A stretch of DNA of 64,000 nt from Alphaproteobacteria bacterium (GCA_038117045.1 JAYOFE010000002.1:242-64241), one strand, 5' to 3'. Shown: positions 1 through 10,637, counted from the first letter of the stretch. Numbers and translations are program-made. The notes: a model not told the origin generated them from the sequence alone.

Positions 1-12
1 GTTTGAAGCCGT

Positions 13-471
13 CTATCGTGCAGAATCGAGAAGTTTCTTGAGCGCTTCAAGTTCGCCCAGAACCGCTTTCAACTCGGCCTTATCCAGACCGGCGGGCACA
101 GACGCCTTTGCCGCTGGCGCGGCAGGTGCCGCGGGAACTTCGGATGCCGGGGGCTCGACATGCTCCACAGCGCCGTCGCCTGCCTCGTCGGGGCGAATCC
201 CGCCTTCCCGCAGGAGCTTCTGCACACCTTTGATCGTGTAGCCGTCCTCGTAGAGCAGCGCACGAATGGAACGCAGAAGGTCCACGTCTTCGGGACGGTA
301 GTACCGCCGGCCACCGCCCCGTTTCATGGGGCGCACCTGGTTGAATTTGGTTTCCCAGAACCTCAGGACATGTTGCGGGACATCCAGGTCCGACGCGACT
401 TCGCTGATCGTGCGAAACGCTTCGGCTGATTTCCCGCCGCGGCGGCTAGAGAGGTTTACCGGATCCGCCAT
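13..471 (-). CDS. MerR-family transcriptional regulator
   Basis: 152-aa ORF with ATG at 471. MerR-type HTH near the N-terminus ([23 protein letters not shown]...RRYYRPEDV). Lies 8 nt downstream of the ihfA stop on the same strand. Confidence 0.85.
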   Translation of the reverse strand: MADPVNLSSRRGGKSAEAFRTISEVASDLDVPQHVLRFWETKFNQVRPMKRGGGRRYYRPEDVDLLRSIRALLYEDGYTIKGVQKLLREGGIRPDEAGDGAVEHVEPPASEVPAAPAAPAAKASVPAGLDKAELKAVLGELEALKKLLDSAR

Positions 472-479
472 TCCGTCCG

Positions 480-848
480 TCAGAAGGAGGAGTCAGGCTC
501 GGTCGAGGCTCCAGCGCTGTAGCCGCCGGACACGCCGGCAGAACCACCCGCCACTTCGCCATCATTGATCCGCTTCTTCAACACGTGGCTCGGTCGGAAC
601 ACGAGAACCCGGCGCGGCAGGATCGGCACTTCTTCACCCGTCTTCGGGTTACGACCCATGCGCTCGCCCTTGTTGCGCACCTGGAAGCTACCGAAGGACG
701 ACAGCTTCACCATCTCGCCACGCACGAGCGCGTCGGACATCTCTGCCAGAACCGACTCGACCAGATCTGCGGATTCATTGCGCGAGAGGCCGACTTCCTG
801 ATAGACGGCCTCCGTTAATTGTGCGCGCGTGATTGTTTCGCCCACCAC
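480..848 (-). CDS. ihfA: Integration host factor subunit alpha
   Basis: 122-aa ORF with a GTG start at 848. HU/IHF fold with the DNA-binding arm [25 protein letters not shown]. Gly/Ser-rich C-terminal tail. Confidence 0.9.
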   Translation of the reverse strand: MVGETITRAQLTEAVYQEVGLSRNESADLVESVLAEMSDALVRGEMVKLSSFGSFQVRNKGERMGRNPKTGEEVPILPRRVLVFRPSHVLKKRINDGEVAGGSAGVSGGYSAGASTEPDSSF

Positions 849-966
849 CTGCTCCCCAAGGCATTCTTATCCGGCGACGGTAGCGCGCCAGTATAAACCC
901 CGTCAATATCAAAGGATTGCCGGGGCCGCTTAATGCAAAACGTATGGATCGGGCGCTAGCACCCCG

Positions 967-1941
967 TTACCAGCGGACAACACCGGAGCCCCAGGTGAGG
1001 CCTCCGCCCATGGCTTCGATCAGGACGAGGTCACCCTGCTTGATCCGGTTGTCCTCGACCGCCACCGAGAGCGCCAGCGGAATGGATGCCGCCGACGTGT
1101 TTGCATGCTGGTCGATGGTGACGACCACGCGGTCGGGAGAAACCCCGAGCTTGCGAGCTGTGCCGTCGATAATCCGCTTGTTGGCCTGGTGCGGCACGAA
1201 CCAGTCGATCTCCTCGGCTTTCAGACTGGTCGCATCAAGCGCTTCCAGAACGACATCCGACATCTTGGTGACGGCGTGACGGAACACCTCGCGGCCTTCC
1301 ATGCGCAGATAGCCGACCTTGCCCGTGGATGACGGTCCGCCGTCGACATACAGGAGATCATGAAGCGTGCCATCGGAATGCAGATGGGTGGACAGAACAC
1401 CACGGTCGGACGTATCCCCCTTGCCTTCCTCCGTCTTCAGCACCACCGCGCCCGCGCCGTCCCCGAACAGCACACAGGTCGAGCGGTCCTCCCAGTCGAG
1501 AATGCGCGAGAAGGTTTCCGCGCCGATCACCAGCGCGCTGTCGGCCTGCCCGGCCTTCAGGAAATTGTCCGCCGTGGCCAGCGCAAAGACAAACCCGGAG
1601 CAAACGGCCTGCACATCGAACCCCATGCTGCCGTTGGCGCATCCCAACTTGGACTGAACAACCGTCGCCGATGCCGGAAACGTCTCGTCCGGTGTCGAGG
1701 TCGCAACGACGATCAGGCCGATATCGTCCGGCGACATGCCAGCCGCATCCAGCGCCTTGCGGGCCGCGTGCGTCGCGAGGTCGGATGTCATCTCGCCTTC
1801 AGCGGCAATGTAGCGCTGGGTAATACCGCTGCGTTCGCGGATCCACTCATCCGTGGTGTCGACCCGCTTTGCGAGGTCATCATTGGTAACAACGTTCTCG
1901 GGCAGGTAATGCCCGATTCCCTGGACAACGGAACGGCGCAT
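967..1941 (-). CDS. fabH: 3-oxoacyl-ACP synthase III (FabH)
   Basis: The ORF track gives 416 aa, but the conserved FabH sequence begins at [14 protein letters not shown] (ATG ending at 1941), 2 nt after the plsX stop. Active-site Cys in QAVCSGF; His/Asn motifs PHQANKRI and HANTSAAS. Confidence 0.93.
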   Translation of the reverse strand: MRRSVVQGIGHYLPENVVTNDDLAKRVDTTDEWIRERSGITQRYIAAEGEMTSDLATHAARKALDAAGMSPDDIGLIVVATSTPDETFPASATVVQSKLGCANGSMGFDVQAVCSGFVFALATADNFLKAGQADSALVIGAETFSRILDWEDRSTCVLFGDGAGAVVLKTEEGKGDTSDRGVLSTHLHSDGTLHDLLYVDGGPSSTGKVGYLRMEGREVFRHAVTKMSDVVLEALDATSLKAEEIDWFVPHQANKRIIDGTARKLGVSPDRVVVTIDQHANTSAASIPLALSVAVEDNRIKQGDLVLIEAMGGGLTWGSGVVRW

Positions 1942-1943
1942 GA

Positions 1944-3017
1944 TCAAGAGGCCACCGCGGAAGGCGATTGGGGCCGCAAAATCTCCGAATCGAAGCGCTC
2001 TATATTCGTCTTGAGCAAGGAATTTCCGTCGTACTTGATCATATCGATCGCAACCCCGATCGCCGTCGCAAAACCGATGGCATCGGTTCCGCCGTGGCTC
2101 TTCACACACACGCCGTTGAGACCGAGGAACATCGCACCGTTGTACCGGCGCGGGTCGCTGCGGGAGCGCAGCTTGTCGAACGAACGCTTTGCGAAGATAT
2201 AGCCGATCTTCGCCCAAAATGAATTGCGAAACGTCTCGCGCACGAAGGCATTGATGAGTTTCGCCGTGCCTTCGGCGGTTTTCAGCGCCACATTTCCCGT
2301 GAACCCGTCGGTGACCACCACGTCAACCGCGCCCGAGGGAATATCGTCGCCCTCAACGAAACCCACGAACTCTCCCGGCAGATCGAGTTCACGCAACAGG
2401 TTTGCCGCTTCCTTCAATGCGTCATTGCCCTTGGTCTCTTCCTCACCCACGTTGAGAAGACCGATGGTCGGGTCCTGGACGCCCAGGATCGTCCGCGCGA
2501 ACACCTCGCCCATGATCGCGAACTCCACAAGGTTGCGGGTGTCGCAGCGGATATTGGCACCGAGGTCGAGCATGACAGTCTCACCGCGCAGCGTCGGGAA
2601 AAACGACGCGATCGCCGGACGGTCGATTCCCTCAAGGCGCCGCAGGATCAGCATTGCCATGGCCAGCAGGGCACCGGTGTTCCCTGCCGACACGACGCCA
2701 TCTGCCTCGCCGTCCTTGACCGCCTCGATGGCTTTCCACATCGAGGTCTCCTTGCCGCTGCGCACGACCTGGGACGGCTTGTCCTCGGGCTTCACCGTAT
2801 CAGGCGCATGGCGCACCTCGACGAACTCCTCCAGGCCACGTTGGCGCGCGACCCGGTCGGAGATTTCTTCGGCATCGCCGTATAGAAGGAACTTCACATC
2901 GGGGTGCCGGCGACGCGCGATATTCGCGCCCGCGACCACGATCTGTGGTGCGTTGTCGCCGCCCATGGCGTCGAGGGCAATGGTGATCTGCTCGCTCAAC
3001 GGGTCCGCTCTCCCCAA
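1944..3017 (-). CDS. plsX: Phosphate acyltransferase PlsX
   Basis: 357 aa with the DAMGGDNAP motif. Only a TTG at 3017 is available upstream of the conserved core, so the start is uncertain. Canonical rpmF-plsX-fabH order. Confidence 0.9.
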   Translation of the reverse strand: MGRADPLSEQITIALDAMGGDNAPQIVVAGANIARRRHPDVKFLLYGDAEEISDRVARQRGLEEFVEVRHAPDTVKPEDKPSQVVRSGKETSMWKAIEAVKDGEADGVVSAGNTGALLAMAMLILRRLEGIDRPAIASFFPTLRGETVMLDLGANIRCDTRNLVEFAIMGEVFARTILGVQDPTIGLLNVGEEETKGNDALKEAANLLRELDLPGEFVGFVEGDDIPSGAVDVVVTDGFTGNVALKTAEGTAKLINAFVRETFRNSFWAKIGYIFAKRSFDKLRSRSDPRRYNGAMFLGLNGVCVKSHGGTDAIGFATAIGVAIDMIKYDGNSLLKTNIERFDSEILRPQSPSAVAS

Positions 3018-3054
3018 CCGGACAAACCCGTGTCCGGCGCCAGGCCGTTAGAGG

Positions 3055-3240
3055 TTAGATCTTCTCCTTAACCTCAATAACCTGACGACCCTTGTAGTAG
3101 CCGGTCTTCATGTCGACGTGATGCGGGCGGTGGAATTCGCCCGTGGTCTCGTCCTCAACATAGGCCGGCTGCTTCAGTGAGTCGTGCGAGCGCCGCATGT
3201 TCCGTCGCGACTTAGAAACTTTTTTCTTGGGTACAGCCAT
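3055..3240 (-). CDS. rpmF: 50S ribosomal protein L32
   Basis: 61 aa starting [19 protein letters not shown], the typical bL32 N-terminus. Confidence 0.95.
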   Translation of the reverse strand: MAVPKKKVSKSRRNMRRSHDSLKQPAYVEDETTGEFHRPHHVDMKTGYYKGRQVIEVKEKI

Positions 3241-3370
3241 CTGTTTTCCCTTTCGCGGGGAAGTATGAGTTTATCCGCAATTGCTGGAATGCGGCGGCTA
3301 GATACCCAAAAATGCACCGTCGGGCAAGCGAATCGCAAGATTTCTTGACGCGAAACGACCGCCTGCGCCG

Positions 3371-3898
3371 TTATTCCTTGTCTTCGCCCATCGTCTCGCG
3401 CAACCGGGCAAGTGCCGCAAAGGGTCCGGACGCGGCGGCATCCCCGTCCCCGACGGGCTCGAATGTCGCCCCGGGTGCCCGCGGGTAGGGATTCAGGGCC
3501 AGCGCGAAGTTCTGGACCAGGATTTCGCCCAACTCGATTTCATCATCGACAATCGGCTCGAGCGGATCCTCTTCCTCGCCTTCCTCCTCGTCGATTCGCC
3601 TCGAAAACCGCTGCACGATCTTCGTCTCGACGGCTTCCGAAACCGGCTCCAGCGTCACGACACAGGCCTGTTCGACCTGGCCTTTCAGGCCTCCATACAC
3701 GGTCACGTCACCCGACCTGTCCGCCAGAACCTGAAGCTCCGCCGCAAAGGCCGCGACCGAAAGGATTCCCAGACGGGCAGCAATGGCCGTGCATTCCTCC
3801 GGCGCGGCCTCGATCCGGAGAATCTCAGGGGCATTCGGCTCCAGCCGGCTCACGTCAAATGGCCGTTTGAGCTCGCTGTTCTCGCCCGCCCCGCTCAT
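3371..3898 (-). CDS. YceD/DUF177 family protein (large-subunit rRNA accumulation protein)
   Basis: 175 aa, acidic. Occupies the position immediately upstream of rpmF, as yceD does. Its ATG overlaps the stop of the upstream gene (ATGA at 3895-3898). Confidence 0.78.
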   Translation of the reverse strand: MSGAGENSELKRPFDVSRLEPNAPEILRIEAAPEECTAIAARLGILSVAAFAAELQVLADRSGDVTVYGGLKGQVEQACVVTLEPVSEAVETKIVQRFSRRIDEEEGEEEDPLEPIVDDEIELGEILVQNFALALNPYPRAPGATFEPVGDGDAAASGPFAALARLRETMGEDKE

Positions 3899-4473
3899 TG
3901 TGCGGCCTCGGTTCCCCGGGACTCGGGGCTGACCGCCGGAAAGGCATTGGGGTCGGGAAAGGCGGGAACCCCTGCAAGCAAAGTTTCAGCCGGGCATGCG
4001 TCAATCTCGTGCCGTGCCGCGCGGACATAGGCAACCATGCCTGCGACCTGAGCCTCGTCCGGTTCGGCGCTGGCATACATGTTGCGCCGCAGCGCCGCTG
4101 CAAGTTCAGAATCATTCGCGGATACACCCGATGCGTAGGCCGAAATCCGACCGTGAAGGTTTCGGGCAAGCTTCTTGATGCGCTTGCCGATCCCCATATC
4201 TCCCAGGCCCGCCTCACGCAGGGCGACGTCGAAGTCAGCAAAGATGATATCGTGCAGCGTCTGTGCCGTGCGCTTGCCGGACGAGCCTTCGTGCTTCAGC
4301 CGTGTCAGCACGAGGTACGCATGGAGACACACCATCTCGTAACGCCCCAGCATCGTGTCAGGCACCCCCAGCGCGGCATAGAAGTGCGGCTGGCGCGCCT
4401 GCTCAATCAGGCGTTCATGGAGGGCATGCGCAAGGCCGATACGGGCCCGCCGCTCGCGAAACCGGTTCAACAT
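3895..4473 (-). CDS. Ubiquinol-cytochrome c chaperone family protein
   Basis: 192 aa. The N-terminal half (HFYAALGVPDTMLGRYEMVCLHAYLVLTRL...LHDIIFADFDVALREAG) matches my recollection of the Ubiq_cyt_C_chap family, which commonly sits next to yceD in alphaproteobacteria. Confidence 0.7.
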   Translation of the reverse strand: MLNRFRERRARIGLAHALHERLIEQARQPHFYAALGVPDTMLGRYEMVCLHAYLVLTRLKHEGSSGKRTAQTLHDIIFADFDVALREAGLGDMGIGKRIKKLARNLHGRISAYASGVSANDSELAAALRRNMYASAEPDEAQVAGMVAYVRAARHEIDACPAETLLAGVPAFPDPNAFPAVSPESRGTEAAQ

Positions 4474-4571
4474 GGCGCGCTCGGGCCATGCAGTTGACTT
4501 ATGGAAACGGTGGGTGTCATCGTCCCGCGCACATCACGAACCTGATTCGTCGCACAAACATCGCGCGTCCC

Positions 4572-5012
4572 ATGAATTTCCTTGTCCGCCACGGTTGTAT
4601 CCTGGTCGTCCTGTCCGCCCTCTCGGCGTGCACCCCGTTCATCAACATTCACGGCCAGCAGCCGGATCCCGATGCACTTGCCGAAATCCAGCCCGGCACC
4701 AGCACGCTGCGCGACGTCGAGCAGGCGCTCGGCACGCCGTCCACGGCGGGCGTGTTCCGCAAGAACGTCTGGTACTACATGTCCGAACGCACGGAAAGTG
4801 TGGCCTTCTTTCATCCTGAGCTGATCGAGCGAAAAATCGTCGCCGTCATCTTCGACGACAACGAAGTGGTGGATGACATCATCACCTACACCGAGAATGA
4901 CAAGAAGGAAGTCGAGCTGGTCAGCCGCGTGACACCCACCGCGGGCAACGAGCTTTCGATCATCCAGCAGCTGTTCGGCAATGTCGGCCGGTTCAGCAGT
5001 GGCGGCAACTAG
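4572..5012 (+). CDS. bamE: Outer membrane protein assembly factor BamE (SmpA/OmlA lipoprotein)
   Basis: Trimmed from the 249-aa ORF to ATG 4572 (MNFLVRHGCILVVLSALSAC, lipobox LSAC). Followed by the BamE-like GTSTLRDVEQALGTPS segment. Confidence 0.8.
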   Translation: MNFLVRHGCILVVLSALSACTPFINIHGQQPDPDALAEIQPGTSTLRDVEQALGTPSTAGVFRKNVWYYMSERTESVAFFHPELIERKIVAVIFDDNEVVDDIITYTENDKKEVELVSRVTPTAGNELSIIQQLFGNVGRFSSGGN

Positions 5013-5039
5013 CGCATCCATACTGAATTCCGGACAAAG

Positions 5040-5076
5040 AAAACCCCGGGGCCCGATGGAGCCCCGGGGTTTTTTA
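5040..5076. terminator. Bidirectional rho-independent terminator between bamE and hppA
   Basis: Stem CCCCGGGGC (5044-5052), loop CCGATGGA, stem GCCCCGGGG (5061-5069). A-tract upstream and T-tract TTTTTT downstream. Lies between convergent genes. Confidence 0.85.
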
Positions 5077-5095
5077 TTGGGTGATCGGAACCCGA

Positions 5096-7216
5096 TCAGT
5101 GCGCCAGCACCGCCAGCACCAGAAGTGCCACGATGTTGGTGATCTTGATCATCGGGTTCACCGCGGGGCCGGCCGTATCCTTGTAGGGATCGCCGACCGT
5201 GTCGCCGGTCACCGCGGCGTGGTGGGCATCGGAGCCCTTGCCGCCGTGGTTGCCGTCCTCGATGTACTTCTTGGCGTTATCCCAGGCGCCGCCGCCGGCG
5301 GTCATGGAGATCGCGACGAACAGGCCAGTCACGATCACGCCGAGGAGCATCGCACCGAGCGCCGAGAAGGCCGCCGACTTGCCGCCGATCGCCAGAATAA
5401 TGACGAACAGGACAATCGGGGACAGCACCGGAAGCATCGACGGGATGATCATTTCCTTGATCGCCGCCCGCGTCAGCATGTCCACACAGCGTCCGTATTC
5501 CGGCTTGGCCGTGCCTTCCATGATGCCCGGGATTTCCTTGAACTGGCGACGTACCTCAATCACCACCGAGCCGGCCGCACGGCCGACCGCCGTCATGCCG
5601 AGGGCACCGAACAGGAACGGCAGCATGCCGCCCACGAACAGGCCGACGACAACAAACGGGTTACGCAGCGAGAAGTCGAGGTTGACCCCCGCGAAGTAGC
5701 CATCCGGACCGGCGGAAGCGATGAAGAAGTCAAGGTCCGAGGTGTAGGCCGCAAACAGCACCAGCGCGCCGAGGCCCGCAGAGCCGATCGCGTAACCCTT
5801 GGTCACGGCCTTCGTCGTGTTGCCCACCGCGTCGAGCGCGTCCGTTGTGTTCCGCACGCTGTCGTCCAGCTCGGCCATCTCGGCAATGCCGCCGGCGTTG
5901 TCCGTTACCGGACCGTAGGCGTCGAGCGCGACGACCATGCCGGTCAGCGCCAGCATCGCGGTCACGGCGATGGCAATGCCCAGCAGGCCCGCCAGCAGGA
6001 ACGCGATGATGATCGCGGCACAAATGATCAGCGCCGGGATTGCGGTCGCTTCCATCGAGACCGCGAGACCCTGGATCACGTTGGTGCCGTGGCCGGTAGT
6101 CGAAGCCTGCGCCACCGAACGGACCGGACGGTACTCGGTACTGGTGTAGTACTCCGTCACCCAGATCAGCAGGCCGGTCACAACCAGTCCGAGGATAGCG
6201 CAAGCGAAGATGTCCATGCCGGAGAAGCTGACGCTGGTCAGCGTGACCACCGCGTCGAAGCCGATAACCCATTCCGTCACGCCGGCGATGCCGATCAGGG
6301 ACAACACGGCCGAAGCGATGAAGCCCTTATACAGTGCGCCCATGATGTTCTGGCTGGCGCCAAGGCGAACGAAGAAGGTGCCGATGATCGAGGCGATGAT
6401 GCAAACGCCGCCGATTGCCAGAGGATAGACCATCATCTGGTTGAGCAGCGGGTTGCCGGCCAGGAAGATCGAGATCAGCACCATGGTCGCGACGACGGTC
6501 ACGGCATAGGTCTCGAACAGGTCAGCCGCCATGCCTGCACAGTCGCCGACATTGTCACCGACGTTGTCGGCGATCACCGCCGGGTTACGCGGATCATCCT
6601 CGGGGATACCCGCCTCGACCTTGCCGACGAGGTCCGCACCGACATCCGCACCCTTGGTGAAGATGCCGCCGCCCAGACGGGCAAAGATCGAGATCAGCGA
6701 TGCGCCGAAACCGAGCGCCACCAGCGCGTCGATCAGCTCGCGGCCGGACGCGTTGCCCTGCTGCTGCATCCAGACCATGAAGCCGAAGTAGCCGGCCACG
6801 GCCAGCAGCGCGAGGCCGGCGACCAGCATGCCGGTCACGGCGCCCGCACGGAACGCGATCGAAAGACCCTGCGCCAAGCTCTGGCGTGCAGCCTCGGTTG
6901 TGCGCACGTTCGAACGCACCGACACATGCATGCCGATGTAACCGGTCGCGCCCGAAAGCACTGCACCGATGATGAAGCCGAGTGCCACAGTCCATCCGAG
7001 AAGGAAGAACAGGATCACTGCGATCACGATGCCGACGATGCCGATTGCACGATACTGCCGGTTCAGATAGGCGGAAGCGCCCTCCTGAATCGCACCGGCG
7101 ATTTCTTGCATCCGCTCATTGCCTGCGCTGGAAGCCAGGATCGAGCGTGACGCCCAAACCCCGTACAACACAGCCAGACCGCCACACGCGATGGCGAACC
7201 AGACGATAGGAGCCAT
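5096..7216 (-). CDS. hppA: K+-insensitive pyrophosphate-energized proton pump (membrane H+-PPase)
   Basis: Trimmed to ATG 7216 ([13 protein letters not shown]). Polytopic membrane protein with PPase motifs [15 protein letters not shown] and [15 protein letters not shown] carries Lys rather than Ala, which marks the K+-independent subtype. Confidence 0.93.
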   Translation of the reverse strand: MAPIVWFAIACGGLAVLYGVWASRSILASSAGNERMQEIAGAIQEGASAYLNRQYRAIGIVGIVIAVILFFLLGWTVALGFIIGAVLSGATGYIGMHVSVRSNVRTTEAARQSLAQGLSIAFRAGAVTGMLVAGLALLAVAGYFGFMVWMQQQGNASGRELIDALVALGFGASLISIFARLGGGIFTKGADVGADLVGKVEAGIPEDDPRNPAVIADNVGDNVGDCAGMAADLFETYAVTVVATMVLISIFLAGNPLLNQMMVYPLAIGGVCIIASIIGTFFVRLGASQNIMGALYKGFIASAVLSLIGIAGVTEWVIGFDAVVTLTSVSFSGMDIFACAILGLVVTGLLIWVTEYYTSTEYRPVRSVAQASTTGHGTNVIQGLAVSMEATAIPALIICAAIIIAFLLAGLLGIAIAVTAMLALTGMVVALDAYGPVTDNAGGIAEMAELDDSVRNTTDALDAVGNTTKAVTKGYAIGSAGLGALVLFAAYTSDLDFFIASAGPDGYFAGVNLDFSLRNPFVVVGLFVGGMLPFLFGALGMTAVGRAAGSVVIEVRRQFKEIPGIMEGTAKPEYGRCVDMLTRAAIKEMIIPSMLPVLSPIVLFVIILAIGGKSAAFSALGAMLLGVIVTGLFVAISMTAGGGAWDNAKKYIEDGNHGGKGSDAHHAAVTGDTVGDPYKDTAGPAVNPMIKITNIVALLVLAVLAH

Positions 7217-7385
7217 TGTTATTGTCCTTTGGTTTCGATGTTTGGTTGAGGCGGCGCAACATGCGGCCGCGCGCACCTCAAGACCGACCCGAATCGGCCA
7301 ACCCCTCAAAAAGCGGCGGGAACATGCCAAAAAGGCCGAACCAAGGCAACCGCGCCAAAAGGCGGAGTTTTCCCTGGCCCGAAAA

Positions 7386-8579
7386 TCAGGCCAGCGCGGC
7401 CCTCCGGCGCATCTGCAGCCAGAACACTGCAAACACGACGGCGATCAGCAGCGGCGCGGACGCCATGTTCACGGCGTGGAACCCGAGCGCGTTGTAGACG
7501 ACCCCGGCGAGCAGCGAGCACGTGGCGACTGTGCCAAACACAAACAGGTCGTTGATCCCCTGGACTTTGGCCTTTTCCGCAGGCGTGTAGGTGCTCAGAA
7601 GCAATGTCGTGCCGGCGGTGAACATGAAGTTCCAGCCAAGCCCGACCAGGGCCATGCCGATACGAAGGTGCCACAGGGAGTCGCCGCTGAAGTTGACGAT
7701 CAGGCAGATGACCGAAATCACGGCACCCGCGAGGATAATATTGACGTCGCCGTACTTCCGGATCAGCCACCCGGTCACGAGCCCCGGCGCGAACATGCCG
7801 AGCACATGCCACATGATCACGTTGTTGATGTCGGGCTGCCCGAACGGGTGCGTCGGGTGCAGGTGCATGTAGACGGGGGTTGAAAGCATCACGAAGTTCA
7901 TGACGCCGTAGCCGATCATCGCACTCATCAGGGCCACAATGAACGTCGGCTGGCTGGCGATCTCGCGCAGCGACCGCACATGCCCAGTCCGTTCCTGCTC
8001 GGACGGCGGCGGAATTTTGGTGAACTTCAGCAGCACGATCATGATGACCTGCAGCGTGAAGATCACGGCGTATACGCCGCCGTAGAGGATCGGGCTGATG
8101 GCGTCATAGCCGTAGGACGACAGGGTAGGCCCGACCAGGCCGGCAAAAACACCGCCGGCGATCACGAGGCTGACAGCACGCTTGCGGAAATCATCACTCG
8201 CCGCATCCACGGCAGCAAACCGCAACTGCTGGTTCGCACCCGCTGACGCGCCGAACATCCCCGAGCCCAGACAGAACAGCCAGAAGTCCTGCAGGTAAAG
8301 GGCGAAGATCATCAGGCTCGCGCCCACGCAGCCGATCAGGAGGAAGGTGATGAAGCCGTTCGCGCGTCCGACCTTCTTCATCCACAGCGCCGCAGGCACC
8401 GTCGAGGCCGTCATCAAGACGAACTGGATGGTAATGGGCACGGTCGCCCATCCCGGGTTTGGGCCGAGCGATGCGCCGATAATCGACGAGACGGAGAAGA
8501 CCAGGACCATCTGGGTCTGGCCCAGAGCCTGACAGAACGCCAGAAGGCCGACGTTCTTCGATTCGCGGGTGATGTTCAT
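7386..8579 (-). CDS. MFS transporter
   Basis: 397 aa with about 12 hydrophobic segments and an MFS-like loop ([10 protein letters not shown]). Substrate unknown. Confidence 0.8.
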   Translation of the reverse strand: MNITRESKNVGLLAFCQALGQTQMVLVFSVSSIIGASLGPNPGWATVPITIQFVLMTASTVPAALWMKKVGRANGFITFLLIGCVGASLMIFALYLQDFWLFCLGSGMFGASAGANQQLRFAAVDAASDDFRKRAVSLVIAGGVFAGLVGPTLSSYGYDAISPILYGGVYAVIFTLQVIMIVLLKFTKIPPPSEQERTGHVRSLREIASQPTFIVALMSAMIGYGVMNFVMLSTPVYMHLHPTHPFGQPDINNVIMWHVLGMFAPGLVTGWLIRKYGDVNIILAGAVISVICLIVNFSGDSLWHLRIGMALVGLGWNFMFTAGTTLLLSTYTPAEKAKVQGINDLFVFGTVATCSLLAGVVYNALGFHAVNMASAPLLIAVVFAVFWLQMRRRAALA

Positions 8580-8643
8580 GGCGCGGACATTCCGCCAACA
8601 CCGGCTAAATTACAAGTCCGTCATGTGAATAGCAGGAATGCGC

Positions 8644-9081
8644 TCAGCTATCCTTGCGAAGTACGTTTTCGACGAACAGGTCGACGACAACTTCCTCCCC
8701 GAGCACCCGGCGTGCAACCGCGCGAAGATGCGCCTTCACGGCATCCAAGGGAATGCGCTTGGTCTTTCGCCGCGCGACAAGTGCGTGAAGTTCCATGATC
8801 ATCGCATCGCGCAGGCGCGAACTGTTCTTCGACACAACCGCACGCTGGTCTTCTTCCGCGATTTCCAGCGTCGGGGCCACCGTATACAGACCCACCACGC
8901 TGTCCTCGTCGAAAAGCGTCACGGATATCGCATCAAGGCGCACATAGAAATGCTGCTCGACATCACCGGACGGCGCCTCTTCAGCGCCGGAGGCGAGGAC
9001 GGCCTTCGGCATGGCAACGAACCCGGTCGTCGCGAAGAGCAATGCGAAGACGAGGCAAAATTTGTTCACCGCTTGAGTCAT
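8644..9081 (-). CDS. Secreted FliL-like domain protein (hypothetical)
   Basis: Start taken at MTQAVNKFCLVFALLFATTGFVAMPKAVLASG (signal peptide), with a GGGGG/GGTGG SD-like run 13 nt after the upstream stop. The body (HFYVRLDAISVTLF...TLEIAEED...LRDAMIMEL...VVDLFVENVL) follows the FliL C-terminal domain pattern. Confidence 0.55.
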   Translation of the reverse strand: MTQAVNKFCLVFALLFATTGFVAMPKAVLASGAEEAPSGDVEQHFYVRLDAISVTLFDEDSVVGLYTVAPTLEIAEEDQRAVVSKNSSRLRDAMIMELHALVARRKTKRIPLDAVKAHLRAVARRVLGEEVVVDLFVENVLRKDS

Positions 9082-9094
9082 GCCACCGCCCCCG

Positions 9095-9664
9095 TCAGCC
9101 GGAGACGACGCGGATGTCACGCACGAGAACATCGTTCACCGCACCGACACCCAAAATCCGGTTGTTCTCCGCCCGGATGCGGTTCTTCAGGTACACGGTC
9201 TCGATCGTGCCGTCCTCGGTTCCCGGGAACGGCCGCGACGTGAGCGAGCGGACATAGGATTCGCGCAAGCGCGGCATCAGCGAGCGCACGCGCTTGTCCG
9301 TGCTGTTGGCCCGGTCGACTTCCAGCGAAAGGATCAGGACGATCTTGTGATGCTCGCCCTCCATCGTCTCGAACGGCACGAATAGCGGGTCAAGGTCGAT
9401 ATAGATCAGTTCAAGGGCCGCCTGTTTCTCTGCTTCCTGAACGGATGCTTCAGGCGGGGGCCCTTCGGGTTTGGCCAATACGAACTTGTAGGCGGCCCCT
9501 CCCCCCCCCCCTGCGAGAATCAGAACGAGACCCAGCAGGACGATAAGCTTCTTCTTGCTCTTCTTCGGCTTTTGCTTGCTGGGCTGACCACCCTCACGCA
9601 TGGCACGGATGTCGTCCACGTTCTCATTGCGGGACTTCTCGTTCGAAGTGTCGGTATCCGCCAT
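9095..9664 (-). CDS. FliL family (flagellar basal body-associated) membrane protein
   Basis: Lys-rich N-terminus (KQKPKKSKKK), one TM (LIVLLGLVLILAGGGGGAAY), then a FliL-like core (LIYIDLDPLFVPF...ILSLEV...MPRLRESY...VNDVLVRDIRVV). Start ambiguous: ATG 9664 overlaps the thiL end by 41 nt; alternatives are 9703 and 9601. Confidence 0.7.
   Translation of the reverse strand: MADTDTSNEKSRNENVDDIRAMREGGQPSKQKPKKSKKKLIVLLGLVLILAGGGGGAAYKFVLAKPEGPPPEASVQEAEKQAALELIYIDLDPLFVPFETMEGEHHKIVLILSLEVDRANSTDKRVRSLMPRLRESYVRSLTSRPFPGTEDGTIETVYLKNRIRAENNRILGVGAVNDVLVRDIRVVSG
9501..9511 (-). repeat. G11 homopolymer (C11 on + strand) inside the FliL-like CDS
   Basis: Read directly: ...ggcggcccct ccccccccccc tgcgag... 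It encodes the GGGGG run after the TM helix, using GGG/GGA codons. Confidence 0.95.
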
Positions 9665-10637
9665 GGCCGATGTCCAGTTCACGGCCCGCTCCATCCAGAA
9701 CATGGACAGGCCTGTCTCGGGAACCGCGTTCGACGATCTGGCCGATACGCGTCATTGCGACCCCGGTCTCCAGGGCGACGGACGCGATATCCGCGCGCGC
9801 CTCAACCGGGGCCGTGAAGACGATTTCATAGTCGTCTCCACCGGACAGAAGACTAAGGCGCAATGGTTGATTGTCCGTTACCACCGACCGCGCGGCATCC
9901 GAGACAGGAATGTCCTCGAGCCGGATATCCGCCCCCATGTCCGAGGCCTCGCAGATATGTCCCAGATCCGCCACGAGACCGTCCGAAACGTCCGCCGAGG
10001 CATGCGCAAGCCCCACCAGTCCGGGACCAGCCGTGACACGTGGTTGCGGAGATGCGAACCGCGAAACCAGTTCGTCGCGAAAAGCCACGTCCGGAGGGGA
10101 AATCCGACTCTGCAGGATCGCCAGCCCCAAGACGGCGTCACCGATTGTGCCGGTCACGTAGACATCGTCGCCCCGCCGGGCACCAGTTCGTCGAATTGCT
10201 TTATTTTCTGATATTTGACCGATTATGCTAATGTTGATTGCGAGCGGCCCCGGGGTACGGGTCGTATCCCCGCCGAGCAACCGAAGCCCGTAGGTCTCCT
10301 GGTCCTGCGCCAATGCTTGCGCAAAAGCCGACAGCCAGTCCTCATCGATACCGTCGCTGATCTGGAGGGACAGAAGGTAGCCACGCGGCAGTGCGCCTTT
10401 TGCAGCAATATCGGACAGGTTGACGCGTAGTGCGCGCCGGGCAATGTCACCCGCATCCGCATCATCGGGGAAATGTACACCGGCGATGATCGTATCTGCA
10501 GACAGCACCAGTTCGCAGCCCGGATTGGGGCGCAGGACAGCCGCATCGTCCCTGAGATCAAGCGCCCCGTCTTCGCCCGCAGCCAGCGGGGCGAAAAACC
10601 GTCGGATCAGCCCGAATTCGTCAGTGATGCGCGCCAT
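9624..10637 (-). CDS. thiL: Thiamine-monophosphate kinase
   Basis: Trimmed to MARITDEFGLIRRFF (ATG 10637, overlapping the nusB end by 17 nt). AIR-synthase-like motifs DDAAVL and LLGGDTTRTPGPL. Confidence 0.9.
   Translation of the reverse strand: MARITDEFGLIRRFFAPLAAGEDGALDLRDDAAVLRPNPGCELVLSADTIIAGVHFPDDADAGDIARRALRVNLSDIAAKGALPRGYLLSLQISDGIDEDWLSAFAQALAQDQETYGLRLLGGDTTRTPGPLAINISIIGQISENKAIRRTGARRGDDVYVTGTIGDAVLGLAILQSRISPPDVAFRDELVSRFASPQPRVTAGPGLVGLAHASADVSDGLVADLGHICEASDMGADIRLEDIPVSDAARSVVTDNQPLRLSLLSGGDDYEIVFTAPVEARADIASVALETGVAMTRIGQIVERGSRDRPVHVLDGAGRELDIGHGGYRHFEREVPQ

Noticed and set aside
967-2217. N-terminally extended versions of many ORFs in the track. Examples: fabH 416 aa, hppA 778 aa, nrdJ 1284 aa, bamE 249 aa, the hydrolase 389 aa, acpS 241 aa and rnc 269 aa.
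   Set aside because: The extensions are Arg/Pro-rich, overlap the upstream gene and precede the conserved N-terminus. Internal ATG/GTG codons with SD-like sequences or ATGA-type coupling fit better.
5081-7150. Very long ORFs antisense to or out of frame with real genes. Examples: 689 aa at 5081-7150, 779 aa at 38817-41156, 623 aa at 12821-14692, 580 aa at 11103-12845, 523 aa at 57015-58586 and 394 aa at 32908-34092.
   Set aside because: They have Arg/Ala/Gly/Pro/His-rich, low-complexity translations and no recognisable motifs. Each fully overlaps a gene with clear family signatures. This is the usual absence of stop codons in alternative frames of high-GC DNA.
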